Origin: Octopus vulgaris
Lineage: Eukaryota
Assembly: GCA_951406725.2 (NCBI GenBank)
Contig: OX597822.1
Span: forward strand, 76,694,001-76,758,000
Direction of reading: 5' to 3'
DNA: 64,000 nt
Positions 27,361 through 40,689 of this stretch are shown here, in pieces; within the stretch, counting starts at the first letter, position 1, and every line of letters starts with the position of its first letter. The position numbers and the translations under genes are program-made. Under the pieces are notes generated by a model that worked only from the letters and a program-made list of their open reading frames with translations, was not told the DNA's origin and searched no databases.

Positions 27361-27555
27361 TACGTTTACGGCTGTTAGACATATGGAATTCAAAAAGGTG
27401 GCTGATGGTGAAAAGATTAATAGAATTATGGTCATGATATAAATGCTACTCTTTTGGTTCCATTATTGCCATTTTTGTTCTGTTGTTGTTGTTGTTGTTG
27501 TTGTTGTTATAAAAATATATTTAATTTTTCCTTTTTTCCTGCTTTCTTCTTCCAG

Positions 27556-28023
27556 GAGGCAACAAAAGAAACAGTCCAGAAAGCTTAAAATTCAAAAACA
27601 GGAATTTTACATCCAACAGTGCTGATGAGAAGCTGAAACTAAAACATAACAATGTGTATTTAGAAGTGGACGGTACCCTAAAAGGCTACAAACATGTTTC
27701 TGAAAGTCTCAACAGTGATCCAATGGACCAGTCACATGGCCTTACCAAAGACGACAAATCACAAACAGAGAAAGAAAACAGCTTCAAAGCATCTGAGAAG
27801 GCAAAAGCCAAAGAAAAGGATGATAAACCATTCTTGGTAAATCCAGATCTAAAGCCACCTGGTGGAATTGAACATGTGGAATTCCTTACTGAAACATTCA
27901 ATGTGGCTTGGTTGGAGATATGTGGGAATTATCCTTGCCAGAAAAACAGCACTTGTGTTGTGGAAGGTAATGAGCCCCGATGTGACTGTCCTCTTGGAAC
28001 GACAGGGAAATTCTGCGAAGACG
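27556..28023 (+). CDS. Internal coding exon of an extracellular EGF-like-domain protein (agrin/pikachurin/EYS-like)
   Basis: Strong acceptor ttttttcctgctttcttcttccag| and donor G|GTAGGT; 468 nt, phase 1-1, open throughout. Encodes a charged linker followed by CGNYPCQKNSTCVVEGNEPRCDCPLGTTGKFCED, a six-Cys EGF module. Exact orthology cannot be determined from one exon. Confidence 0.88.
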
Positions 28024-28339
28024 GTAGGTAGACGCCACTTGGTACAGATTGTATAACTCTCTCTCTTTCTCTTTTCCTCTCTCCTTCTCTTCATCTCTGT
28101 TTTTTCCTCTCTCTCTCTCTTTTCCTCTCTCCTTCTCATCTCTCTTTCTTCCTCACTCTCTCTCTCTTTCATTTTCTCTTTCTTTTTGTCTCTTTCTGTC
28201 TCTCTTAAATCAAAATTGCATAGACATGCACAAATGCTCACAGCTTTTCACCATAATCCTCACCATCACCATAATCAACAGCAGCAGTGTAGCATCTCAA
28301 TCATGGTATCATTCTTGCCAGCATCTTTATCCTTTTAAT

Positions 28340-28800
28340 CAAAGGTGACGAACTGGTAGATTCATTAACAAGTCAAACAAAATGCTTAGCACAATTTCTT
28401 CTGGCTCTTTACATCCTAGGTTCAAATCCTGCTAATGTTAACTTTATCTTTTATCCTTTCTGGGTCAATAAAATAAAGTACAAGTTGAACACAGGTTGAT
28501 GTACCTCTTGACTTGTCCCTTGTTTTAAAATTGCTGACCTTGTGCCCAAATTTGAAGCTGTTATCTTATTTCTTTGTTGCCCACAAGGGGCTAAACATAG
28601 AGGGGACAAACAGGGACAGACAAAGGGATTAAGTCGATTGCATCAACCCCAGTGCATAACTGGTACTTATTTAATCAACCCCAAAAGGATGAAAGGCTAA
28701 GTCAACCTCGGCAGAATTTGAACTCAGAACGTAGCAGCAGACGAAATACAGCTAAGCATTTCGCCTGGCATGCTAACATTTCTGCCAGCTCGCTGCCAAT
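28340..28800. mobile_element. Old + strand family A SINE with a younger - strand copy (about 28569-28797) at its tail
   Basis: Near-duplicated flanks aatttgaagctgttatctta / aatttgaaaccattatctta around the minus copy. Confidence 0.8.
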
Positions 28801-30379
28801 TTGAAACCATTATCTTAATTACGGTCATCAGTGTTGTTACTAATGACTTCATCATAATCATGATCTCATTATTTTTATTGTAAAATACAATTTCAGTCAG
28901 CCAGTTGAATGCCTCTTCAAATACTCACACACCGTATCATCTTCATACGTCTGGAACCCACACTCATTTTTGAATCTCAGTTTTTTTGCCAAATTCTATG
29001 GAAAAGCAGCAATGCCAACAAGCATTCACAAAACAATCTTGAACACAGGCACAAAAACCAGGCATTCCTCTGTGAAAATCTGACGAAAATTAACCCTACA
29101 CTTATATGATCAGTACTTATTTTACTGAGCTCTGTAAACATTAAACCCAAGGTTGACCCCCAATAAGGTCTGAATGTAGAACAGAAAAGAAAAGTGTAAT
29201 TAAATCTATAAGACATTTTGTCTGGAATTTTCCAAATTTTGCTCCAAAGTCTGTAGTAAGATTTAAACAATATATACATATTGTAAACGTCAACAATAAA
29301 ATAAAATATATAGCCTAAGGAGGCAGCATATACCCAAAAAGGGAACCAATTTCCTTGGGCAACTTCAAGTTTTCTATCACATTTCTTCATATCCATCCTT
29401 TGATGTCACTTTGCCACTGCTTTTGTTCTCTTCCTTTTTCCCTATTACATATTTGCTAAAGATAAGCTGTTGTGATATTGTGTCACATGATCAAACTATT
29501 CATTTCCACATTTTTAACAACTAAAAAAAGAGATTTTGAGCAATCTTTTGATTTCTCTTGAATGGTTCTGACATAAAACCAAATGTATATCATAACATGA
29601 ATAAGTTTAGTGGTAATTCTGTATGTATATATGATAGGATTTTTAATTGTCTTTATATTTGTCCTGATTTTAATAAGCTTTTATTAGTTGGATGAGCCTC
29701 CTATCACCAACAACTTTACATCTAAAACCGATTGCATTTCTATCTCACTGCCAGCACTTAAAAAGCTGTCTGCCAGTTTTAAGATGTGCCCTCAATGCTA
29801 CATCACTTTTTATTCAAAATTTCTGCTCTCCTGGATGAGTTACCTTCACTGCACCTTACTGAAGAATCCACATCTCCTCCTTGTAAAATTTTCAAAGTTA
29901 CCATTCTCTTAATCAGGTTGCCTGCAATACAGCTCATGTTTCTCCATAATGGTAGAGTGCTCACAAAGTGTAATTATAAGAGGAAGTTAAAGGGTTACAG
30001 GGGGCTGGAAAGGTTGACATACAAGAGCACAGGGACATGGAAGAGAGTATCTTGCAGAATGGTTCTAATGATGACTATGTTCCTTATGTAGGGGTGTAAG
30101 CAGAGTTTACTAAGCTAGACATTAAGCACACACTGCTTAAGGAATATTGATTATTATCATTGTTTCTAGAAAAATAAATGATAATAATCTATTTATCTTA
30201 TTGGAGTGGTTGGCATTATGAAGGGCATCCAGCTGTAGAAACTCTGCCAGACCAGATTGGAGCCTGGTGCAGCCATCTGGTTTGCCAGTCCTCCGTCAAA
30301 TCGTCCAACCCATGCTAGCATGGAAAGTGGACGTTAAACGATGATGATGATGGTGATGATGATGATGATGAATGTATGT

Positions 30380-30672
30380 GTGACATAGTGGTGAGGATGT
30401 TGCATTTATGATCACCTGATCAAGGGTTCAATTCCTGCACCGAGCAATGCATTATGTTCTTGAGCAAAACACTTCATTTCTCATTGCTCCAGTCCACTAA
30501 CCTGTAAATGGGTCACCCTATGACAGAATGGCCTCCCAAACAGTGGGAAATGTAGGCCTGCTCACCTACCCAGCTGAGCGGTATCATTTGAAAGCTAAAA
30601 CAATGTAAAGCACACTGCGACCAGTGATGTATAACAACATCCAATAGTCTGATTGATCATGTGATCACGTGA
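30380..30672 (+). mobile_element. Family H-related SINE with an alternative tail
   Basis: tRNA-like head (gggttcaattcc) plus tgttcttgagcaaaacacttcatttc core shared with 46874 and 63338. Confidence 0.65.
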
Positions 30673-31565
30673 GTTTTGCAAAAGTATATATACATGTACT
30701 AATGCAACTAAATTTAAATAATAATAATAACAATAATAATGATAGGATACAGTGATAATGGAGATTAAAGAGCAAGAAGTAGGTAAAAATATCAATGATA
30801 TCAAATAATAATGATGTGGTAGTTGAGATTTGTGTGTGGGAGGGGTGCTAGGGAGATTGGGTGGGGGTGTATGAGCAGTGGATGTAAGAAAATAAAAATA
30901 ATGATAATAATAAGGTGCCACACAGTGGGACTGAACTACAGAACCATGTGGTTTAGAAGCAAACTTCTTACCACACAGCCACACCTATAGAATAATGGTA
31001 CATTTGGCCATATGCAAGTTGCTAAGGAGAGGGACAGGAGGGTGAATACCAGCCCTATTATGCTTCAGACATGTTTGCCTCTCCACTATGCAGAGTAAGA
31101 TATGCTTCTAATATAATGAAAAATAATAACGATAGAAATGATAATAACCACATCAACACTAACAATTACTCGCTTAAAGCTTATCTTATCAGCTGCCGTC
31201 ATCATTCCAGCTCACCAATACAAAGAGATATAAATATTCGATATGGTCAAGTCACCATATCAGCTATACTCAAATACCTTGGTTAAAAATGATTTTTCTC
31301 ACTATAAAAGCCATTAGGAGAGAGTGATAAGGAGAAAATGAGGAGACAGGAAAAAGACAGAGATGAAGAAAAGCAGTATAAACATTTCTGTACTTCCTCT
31401 GAGCCTTTTAACTTCAATGTATAAACTACCTGCATTTTAAATCTAAGAGCAATGAGTGATGTTCTAAAATACATTATATATAGTATCATAATAACAGAAA
31501 ACTTTCTGATTTTTCACTTGGTTTCTTTGCAGAGTTAGAAGAGTAAGGGGTGTATGCTTCATTGC

Positions 31566-31965
31566 TTTACTCTTTTACTCTTTTACTTGTTTCAGTCATT
31601 TGATTGTGGTCAAGCTGGAGCACCGCCTTTAGTTGAAGAAACTGACCCCAGGACTTATTATTTGTAAGCCTAGTACTTATTCTGTCGGTGTCTTTTGCCA
31701 AACCGCTAAATTACGGAGACATAAACACACCAGCATTGGTTGTCAAGCGATGCTGGGAGACAAACACAGACACACACACACATATATATATATATACATA
31801 TAGTCAACAGGCTTCTTTCAGTTTCCCTCTACCAAATTCACTCACAAGGCTTTGGTCAGCCCGAGGTTATAGTAGAAGACACTTGCCCAAGGTGCCACAC
31901 AGTGGGACTGAACCCAGAACCATGTGGTTGGTAAGCAAGCTACTTACCACATGGCCACTCCTGTG
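31566..31965 (-). mobile_element. tRNA-derived SINE family B (CORE-like ggcaccttgggcaagtg domain, internal TA/TG microsatellite)
   Basis: Minus strand: gtggccatgtggtaagtagcttgcttacc...gggttcagtccc...tail gactgaaacaagtaaaagag; more than 10 copies in the window. Confidence 0.85.
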
Positions 31966-32604
31966 CTTGTGTGTTTGGAGCTGGTGTTTCAGCTATCTTT
32001 TTGAGACGTGTTTTGTTTTTTGTGCATTATGAACGCTGTGGAGGCACGGTTATGACTCTGTGGTTTAAGAGGCTTGCTTCCCAGCCATATGGTCTCAGGT
32101 TCAGTCCTGCTATGTAGCACCTTGGACAGCTATTTTCAATTAGAAAATTGCCAGTTTCAAATTTCACAACGTGAGATATTCAGCAACAGTACTTTGTAGT
32201 AAAGATTGTTTGTCAACATAACATGGCAGTCCTGGTTTAGGACTAATGTCCCTCCAAGTGGGGAATTTATACCCAATGGAAACAGAGAAGCTGGCCCTTA
32301 TTAGTCGGCATGACTCGAGAAGGTAACTCACCCGTTTTTTATTCACAGGACTTTGGTCAGCCTTGAGCTATAGTATAAAAGACACCACGAACCAGGATTT
32401 TATAAAAGGTACCATGCAATAGCACTGAACACAGAACCATGTGTTTTGCCTGGAGATAACATTTTTATGGAAATTCTATGTTTAGCCCTTAAACAGCAAG
32501 AAAGGGTTGCATGGCTGTGTGTACCAAATGGACAAAAAATATGATGCATTAAGGGTAATTTTTATACCTATTTTCGCTTCAAATAAGTACAAAAACTAAC
32601 AATT

Positions 32605-32744
32605 GTTAGCTTGCTTACCAACCACATGATCGCAGGTTCAGTCCCACTGCCTAGCACCTTGGGCCAGGGTTTTCTACTATAGCCTAGGGCCAACCAAAGC
32701 CTTATGAATGGATTTGGTGGATGGAAACTGGAAGAAGCCCATCA

Positions 32745-32785
<41 letters not shown>

Positions 32786-33005
32786 GTGTGTGTGTGTGTA
32801 TATGTTTGTATGCCTGTGTTTGTCCCCCAATATCGCTTAACAACCGATGCTGGTGTGTTTATGGCCCCATAACTTAGTGGTTCAGCAAAAGAGACTGATA
32901 GAATAAGTACTAGGCTTACAAAGAATAAGTTCTGGAGTCATATTTGCTCAACTAAAGGCAGTGGTCCAGCATGGCCACAGTCAAATGACTGAAACAAGTA
33001 AAAGC
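32605..33005 (+). mobile_element. Family B SINE
   Basis: Matches the reverse complement of 31566-31965. Confidence 0.85.
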
Positions 33006-33122
33006 GTAACTTGCAAGACAAAAACCCTGTCATCCAACATCCGTTTTCCATTGCTGGCATATATCTATATTTATCTACTTACCTACCTACCTACCTGTGT
33101 GTCTACCTACCTATCTACCTAC

Positions 33123-33178
<56 letters not shown>

Positions 33179-34176
33179 TTACCTATCTCTATCTATCTAC
33201 ATATCTCCATCTATCTATCTACCTGTCTCTATCTATCTATCTATCTATATGTCTTTCCATATGAAATTTAGAATTTCATTATTAAAAAGAGCTGTAAAAT
33301 CTCCATGTCCTGATGATGATGGCCATATTCATGTAAAATTAATGAAACATCAATTGATGATGTCCACTATTTCAGGGTTAAAACCCCAATATTTATCAGA
33401 GGGAGACAAAAATCCTCCCAGCAGTGGCCATCAAGAATGCCATATGTATGTTTGCCTCATTGGGCATTGCTAATGGGGTGGATTCACTGCCAGCCACAGG
33501 CCTAAATGAGGTTTGTCACCATTGATATATAAGAAAGTGGTGAATAAACATCCGTTGGTATCGTCAGTTGTCGCTTGGCTGAAGAAAAATCTGTTATATG
33601 CAGTAGAAGCGGTTTTAGACTACGATAACCATGCATGTGTACATACATGTGTGTGAGTGTATGTGTGTGTGTATCTGTATGTGTGTGGGTGTATGTGTGT
33701 ATATGTATGCATGTATGTATGTAGATATGTAAATGTGTATGTGTGTATGTATGTGTATGTGTGTAAAATGGATGTGTGTATGTATGTAGATATGTATGTC
33801 TGTAAATATGTATGTATGTATGTAGATATGTATGTCTGTAAATATGTATGTATGTAAATGTGTGTGTGTATGTTTGTGCGTATGTATGTGTATATATGTG
33901 TGTATGTATGTGCATATGTGTATGTATGCTTATGTGTGCATGTTTATGTGTATGTGTATATGTATTTGTGTATGTATGTATGTGTGTATGTATATATAGG
34001 TAAGTGGAAGTGTTACTACATGGTAAAAAGTTTACTTTCTATCCGCATGGTTCTGGTTTCAGTCCCACTGCATGGCACCTTGGGCAAGTGTCTTCTATTA
34101 GAGCCTCAGGCCAAGCAAAGCCCTGTGAATGGATTTGGTTAGTGAAAACTGAAGCTGCCATATATATATCTATATA

Positions 34177-34221
<45 letters not shown>

Positions 34222-34329
34222 GTATAGTAAATCCCAAAAAAAAAACGAAGAACAAATACAAAAAACAACAATGTGAGGATGTGGTACATGTAAAGTATTA
34301 GCAAACGCTCAGGAAAGGAAAGAAAGATG

Positions 34330-34364
34330 GTTTAATGTTTCAAGCAAAGCTCTTCCTAAGGAAC
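34330..34364 (-). ncRNA. Degenerate minimal hammerhead-like motif
   Basis: Minus strand: gttc-CTTAGGA-A-GAGC(ttt)GCTT-GAAA-CA-TT-aaac, within a repeat (about 34230-34420) embedded in (TA)n. Confidence 0.4.
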
Positions 34365-35327
34365 AGAGGAAAGTCCAATAGGGGGGGAAATCATCAACGA
34401 TTCACGTGGTTACATTTTGATGTATATATATATATATATAAACAGAGGAATGACCACTAAAATGGATTCCTATATGCTAAAAATAGACGTCTAATTGCCT
34501 TCCCACGAAAAGTGTGTTCTCAAGAAAAAGATCTCAGCAAATGCCAGGATGTAAAAATAAGCAAGACAAATGAAAATATACAAAATAAAATGATTACCTC
34601 CGTATCATGATTAATTTATATTTAATTTACATATATATATTTAATTTATATATATATATATATATACAAAGAGACTGAGAGAGAGGGAGAGAGATGTGTG
34701 TATGTGTGTGTGTACATGATTGGGTTTATGGTCCACCGGTTTTTGACAACTGGTGTTGGTTTGTTTACATCCATGCAGCTTAGTAGTTCAGCATTCAGTG
34801 ACTAATAGAATAAATAGCAAGCTTGAAAAACAAAATATGAGTACTGGAGTTGATTTGTTCAACAAAAAAAACCCTTCGAGGTAATGCCCCAGCATGTCCA
34901 CGTTCCAATGACTGAAACAAGAAAAGATAAAACATATGCAGCAAGACATCGATTTCCTGTCTTCCTGTTCCTTTAATCTCTCATCGACTGGCATGAAGCC
35001 ATGCCTTCAGTAATATTCCTCACTTCCAGTTGTCTGGGTTTTGCCGTGTAAGTTGCTTAGTGTACCGGTTGGTGATGATATCATCTAAAATGCATTGGTG
35101 CTGATGCCAAATGAAAAATGCTAGTGCTGGTGCCATGTAGAAAGCACCCGGTACCTTCTGTAAAGTGGTTGGCATCAGAAAGGGCATCCAGCTGTAGAAA
35201 TCCTGGCAAAAGAGACAATGGAGCCAACTGTAGTTTCCAGGCTTTGCAGCTCCCATCAAAACGTCTAACCCATACCAGCCATGGGAAATGGATGTTAAAT
35301 GATAATGATATGTATACTTTATATCTA

Positions 35328-35383
<56 letters not shown>

Positions 35384-35720
35384 TCTAGAAGCTGTAATAA
35401 AAGGTGTAAAAAAATATAAATGATAATTTTATTTTTAATATATAAGAATTCTTCAATTTATTTAAAGTCATTGATATAAAAAATATTGCTTAAAGTAACT
35501 AATCAAAAATGTTCTTTATTTATTTAGCTTATCAGAGGGAAAATTCCATAAAAATATATGTGGAGAAACCTAAAAAAAATAATCTTTGTTTACTTAATTT
35601 ATTGTAGGGAGAAATCCATAATATATATTAAGATAAACTTAGGGCTACAATCACTAGAAACTAAATTACTGCTCTCTATCATGTGTGTGTATATATATAT
35701 ATATATGTACATATATATAC

Positions 35721-35768
<48 letters not shown>

Positions 35769-35908
35769 AGAGAGAGAGAGAGAGAGAGTTTTACTATATA
35801 CATACCTACAATAGCAACAACAGGAATTTCTTCCATCTTCTTACTCTGTTAAAATATTTCATGAAAATTATATTAATGTGTCCAACCTGTTAAAATTCCA
35901 TTTATTTG

Positions 35909-35994
35909 TGCAGCTGAAGATGGCACTGCATTTAAATTGATGTAATAATTGCACTGTTCAATTAAATGGAGCTGCTTGAAATGGTCATACTGCA
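35909..35994 (+). ncRNA. Type I hammerhead motif with extended stem II
   Basis: TGCAG-CTGAAGA-[long hairpin]-GAAA-TGGTCA-TA-CTGCA; perfect stem I; same family as 53554-53805. Confidence 0.65.
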
Positions 35995-36031
35995 TCACTA
36001 CTTGGTATCCTGTTGCTTATTTTGAGATATA

Positions 36032-36077
<46 letters not shown>

Positions 36078-36111
36078 TATATATATGTATATATATATAT
36101 ATATATATATT

Positions 36112-36575
36112 TATGAATAAATAAATGGAGTTTAACGCAGGTGTAATCAAATACCTTTACTTTCGACACATGTCTCGAAAATTCCACTGATACTATTCAA
36201 AAGAATAAATGGTATAAAGAATGCAATCTTCTCCTCAGGAAAGTGAAAAAAGCGAAACTCTTCAATAAGACGTTTTAGCAAAAATTCACTTTCCTGGGGA
36301 GAAGATTGCATTGTTTATACCATTTATTCTTTTGAATAGTATCAGTGGAATTTTCGAAACATGTGTCGAAAGTAAAAATATTTGATTACACCTGCATTAA
36401 ACTCCATTTATTTATTCATATATTATTCAAAATATTCAACGTAAACACGAAGTTTCTACCTTTATAAACAAGGAGTTACAACATTTTTACTTGTGAGATT
36501 TTTGCTACCCTGGTAACTATTTATTTATTTTTTCCGTGTTAATTGTTAACAAGGTAAAAATACACTCATCTATTT
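36112..36575. mobile_element. Penelope-like fold-back: about 135-bp inverted arms, each with a hammerhead, plus a one-sided tail
   Basis: Arms 36112-36247 and 36285-36420; HHR consensus ACTTTC-CTGAGGA-GAAGATT...AATTTTC-GAAA-CATGTG-TC-GAAAGT (+ at 36288-36373, - at 36159-36244). Confidence 0.8.
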
Positions 36576-36756
36576 ATATATATATTTATATATATATATA
36601 TATATACACACACATATATACACATATATATACAATATATACATATATATATATATATAACAGGAAGCTTTATGAAAATAAACAAAAGACGAAGGCAGGT
36701 GGAGTACAAACAAATAATTGTATTAGTATGGCGCTCATGAATATAAATAAAACAAG

Positions 36757-36794
36757 TCTTTTATGTTTCGAGCCTACGCTCTTCAACAGAAAGA
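36757..36794 (-). ncRNA. Minimal hammerhead-like motif with CTGTTGA core
   Basis: TCTTT-CTGTTGA-A-GAGC(gtag)GCTC-GAAA-CA-TA-AAAGA; lies in repeat 36660-36870, same family as 23517-23690. Confidence 0.6.
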
Positions 36795-36869
36795 TACACA
36801 GAAAAGAAATACGGAGAGAAACAAGGAGAGAAAAAAAATGTGTGCAGAAGCTAGCGATTCAACATGGCG

Positions 36870-36902
<33 letters not shown>

Positions 36903-37057
36903 ACATAGTGAGCAGTTGCCATATTTCATTCCATAACAGCTACCTCTGATGAGTGCAATGTTATGTAGTGAGACTGTTACCTAACAATCTGTTGAAGGCT
37001 AGTGCAAAACCAATTGTCAAGATCAGCCATAATATATGATACTGTAAACTCCAATTA

Positions 37058-37089
<32 letters not shown>

Positions 37090-38205
37090 GTACATAATAT
37101 AGTTTACTCTTCTTCTAATGTAAGATCAACAAAAATACCATGTACAAACACATGCATATACAAATATATACACACAATGTTCATGTACATATATAAACAC
37201 ACATGTACATGCAAATATATGCACGCACACACTCACACAAGAACACACACATATAGGCGCTATGCAATCTGGATGATATCCAATGACATCTGCATACTGA
37301 TAGAAAATATCAAGTCAGGGTGGGATAGAGACCTAGAGCAACGTAGTAAAATATAAAGATAGACAGTTCTATGAAGCAAATAGAGAGGGGAAGTATTATG
37401 TTGAAAGAAAGAAAGAAAGAATGAAAGAAAGAGGGAAGGGTAGAGGATTGAAGCAAAAAATGGTGCATCTATTCATCAACTCATCTATGTTTGAATGCAA
37501 GAATTTTGTGTCATTCGCCTCTGACAAGACGAATCAAAGCGTTTTGTATATATTTCATTGTAGCATTCTGTCATTCTCTCTATGTTGTATCCTTTGTGTT
37601 GGAGACATTTATCTTCTCACAACATTCATCACCATTATTCCATTCTGACAACTTTTGTGTACACAGCTATTATGTGAAGTTTTTTTCCTTGTTGTTGTTG
37701 TTGTTGTTATGTTGGTGGTGGTTGTTTTTGTTTGTTTGTTTGTTTTTTTTTTGTTATCTCTCTCTCTCTTTCTCTCTCTCCAAGAATCCATTACGTTAAA
37801 TTCTCTCACTCAATCCGTTCCACCACAACTTCTCTAAGCAGAATTTTTTTTTTATCTCATTTTATTTTATTTTTGTTTGATTTTGATTTTTCATGTATTT
37901 ATTTCATTTTTTTACACAAACACGCACACACACACACACACACACACAATCACACACACACACATGCATACACACACACACACACACACACACACTCTCA
38001 TCCCCCTCTCTTTGTGTCTCTCATACACACATACAAACCATTAGAATGATTTACCTCTCTCTCTTACCCACTCATGCTCTCTCTCTCTTTCTTTCCCCTA
38101 TGTTTCTCACCTTTCCCCATTTTTCAATCTTTTTATCACTGTTTCTTTTTCTTTCTTCTTTTTCTCTTATTGGTATCTTGCTCCCTCTCTCTCTCACACA
38201 GGTTT

Positions 38206-38311
<106 letters not shown>

Positions 38312-39974
38312 ACGTGTATGTGTATATGTATGTATATATGTATATATGTGTGTGTGTGTGTATATATACATATATAGCATATACATATGTGTGTATGTGT
38401 ATATATTCATATTTTTGTTTTTATAATTTTTCTTCTTTCTTTTCTTATTTTTCCTCACCCACCACCCTCTTGCTCTCTATCTCTTTTTCTCTCTGTCAAT
38501 TTACAACAAGTCTCTTTTTTCGCTTTTTCCCTCCATTTTTCTATTTCTTTGTCTATATAATTCTTTGCTGCTAATATTTCTTTCTTCTTTTCATTTTTCT
38601 TTCCACCCTCTACACCCCCACTCTCTCTGTTTCTCTCTATCTATCTCTCTCTCTCTCTTTCTCTCCTTTGTCACCCACCTTCCCTCTCCAGCTCCTTTTC
38701 CACCCCATTACTATGTTTTTGTTAACCATTAAAGGGAAATGAGTTTAATTAAAAGACCCCCATACTCCCCACAGCACAACCAATACCCACCAAAAAGCCA
38801 TTACACGGAATCGATGGAGTTTCTGTAGAAAAAAAAAGGCAGTGTGATGCATCTGTAATGTGGTGTAAAAGTGTGACATCCACACAGAGTCTAGTATCAT
38901 GTGATGGGGAAGGGCTATTGTTTTTCTTGTTGTTTAGCCCCGGGGTCAAATCTGACTGAACGGACCTATGATCAAAGGTGCTCAAGCTATGACCATTCCA
39001 TCCTTGTTTCGTTCAGGCTGTGTGTATCTAGGCGCACATTATTGAATGCATCTGTCTTTTAAGAAAGTAGGGTGCGATATTTGGAGAAAGAATTTTCTTT
39101 GTGGATACGTTTCTCTTCTTGATCATCGTTCTGTATAAGGATGAAGAAGTCTTTGAAATACAGGTTCTCTACAAGTGTGCCAAAGATTTTGCCACTATAT
39201 TTGTGCGACGACTGGTTGTATTGAATATATATTTATTTTATATTTTTATATCTTTCCTATTTTACTGGTTTCACTCATTAGATTGTGGCCATGCTGGAGC
39301 ACCACTTTGAAGAATTTTAGCTGAATGAATTGATTTGATTCCAGTTCATATTTTTTAAAAACTGGTACTTATTTTGGCATTTAGCCTCCCCCAGTTCACT
39401 ACCTTCCTCCCAACGCCTCCTTTTTCTCTACCACCCCCCACTGCCTTTGGCACCAGCACCCACCTGGAGGGCAGTAGCACCCACTTTTGGAATCTATGCA
39501 CTAAGTTAAGGGAATGGGAACATATCAACACCAATTGCCAAATGGTGGTGGTGGTGGGGGGGGTAAACACACAGAAACACACACATACACAGATGCATGC
39601 ATATATATTATATATCATCATCATCATCGTTTAACATCTGCTTTCCATACCGGCATAGAGTTTGACCGAGGTATGACAAGCTGAGGTCTGGTGGGCCGCA
39701 CCAGGCTCCAATCTGATCTGGCAATGTTTTTACAGCCAGATGCTCTTCCTAATGCCAACCAGTCTGAGAGTGTCGTGGATGCTTTGGTCGGCCCGAGGCT
39801 AGAGCAGAAGACACTTGCCCAAGGTGCCACACAGTGGGACTGAACTGGAACCATGTGGTTGGTAAGCAAGCTACTTACCACACAGCCACTCCTATGCCTA
39901 AAGTCTCTTTACATCCTCAGAATTCACAATCCTGTTAGGCCAACTTTGCATTTCAACTGACTCGGATCAACACC

Positions 39975-40350
39975 TTAAAGCAACATCCATGGATTGAGAT
40001 TAATGAAAACGACCACTACGCTATATCTTAAAATGCATGGCCTCCTGCCTATCGTCGTCACTGTCATCGTCATCATTGTTGTTGTCGTCATCGTCATCAG
40101 TACGATCACTACCACCATCATCATCACCACCACCAATAGCACCACTACCACCACGATGATCATCATTATCACCACTACCACCTCTGCCACCAACACCACC
40201 ACCGTCATCAACATCATCATCACCACCACCCCATTACTATCATTATCAGCAGCAGCACCACCACAACTATCATCATCATCATCTTCCTCACCACCACCAC
40301 AACTATCATCATCATCATCACCACCACCACCATCATCGTCATCATCATGA
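39975..40350. repeat. Compound (CAT/CAC)n tract
   Basis: Direct reading. Confidence 0.9.
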
Positions 40351-40689
40351 TGTTATGTCCACGTTTTATGCTTGCATGTATCAGAAAGAATTTGTTGACA
40401 CAGATTTTTGTATGACCAGATGCTCTTCCTGTCATCAACCATCATCCCTTTTCGAGTATGTTTAAATTTCCCATGACTAGACATAGCGGCAGCGGTGGCG
40501 GGAAACCAAGTGTTGAGTTCAGTCAACCATCCAAACAGGCCTTGATAGGATTTGAACACAAAATGTGAAGAGCTGGAACAAATACTTCAAGGCATCTGGA
40601 CTGATTTTCTTACAATTCTGCCAATCCACTGCTTCAGATCGTTTTTCTGTTGACCTTGAGAGAACGAAAGGTTAAGGTGAACTCAATGA

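Noticed and set aside
28977-29396. 139-aa minus-strand ORF
   Set aside because: No recognisable motif or splice context; probably chance or decayed transposon sequence.
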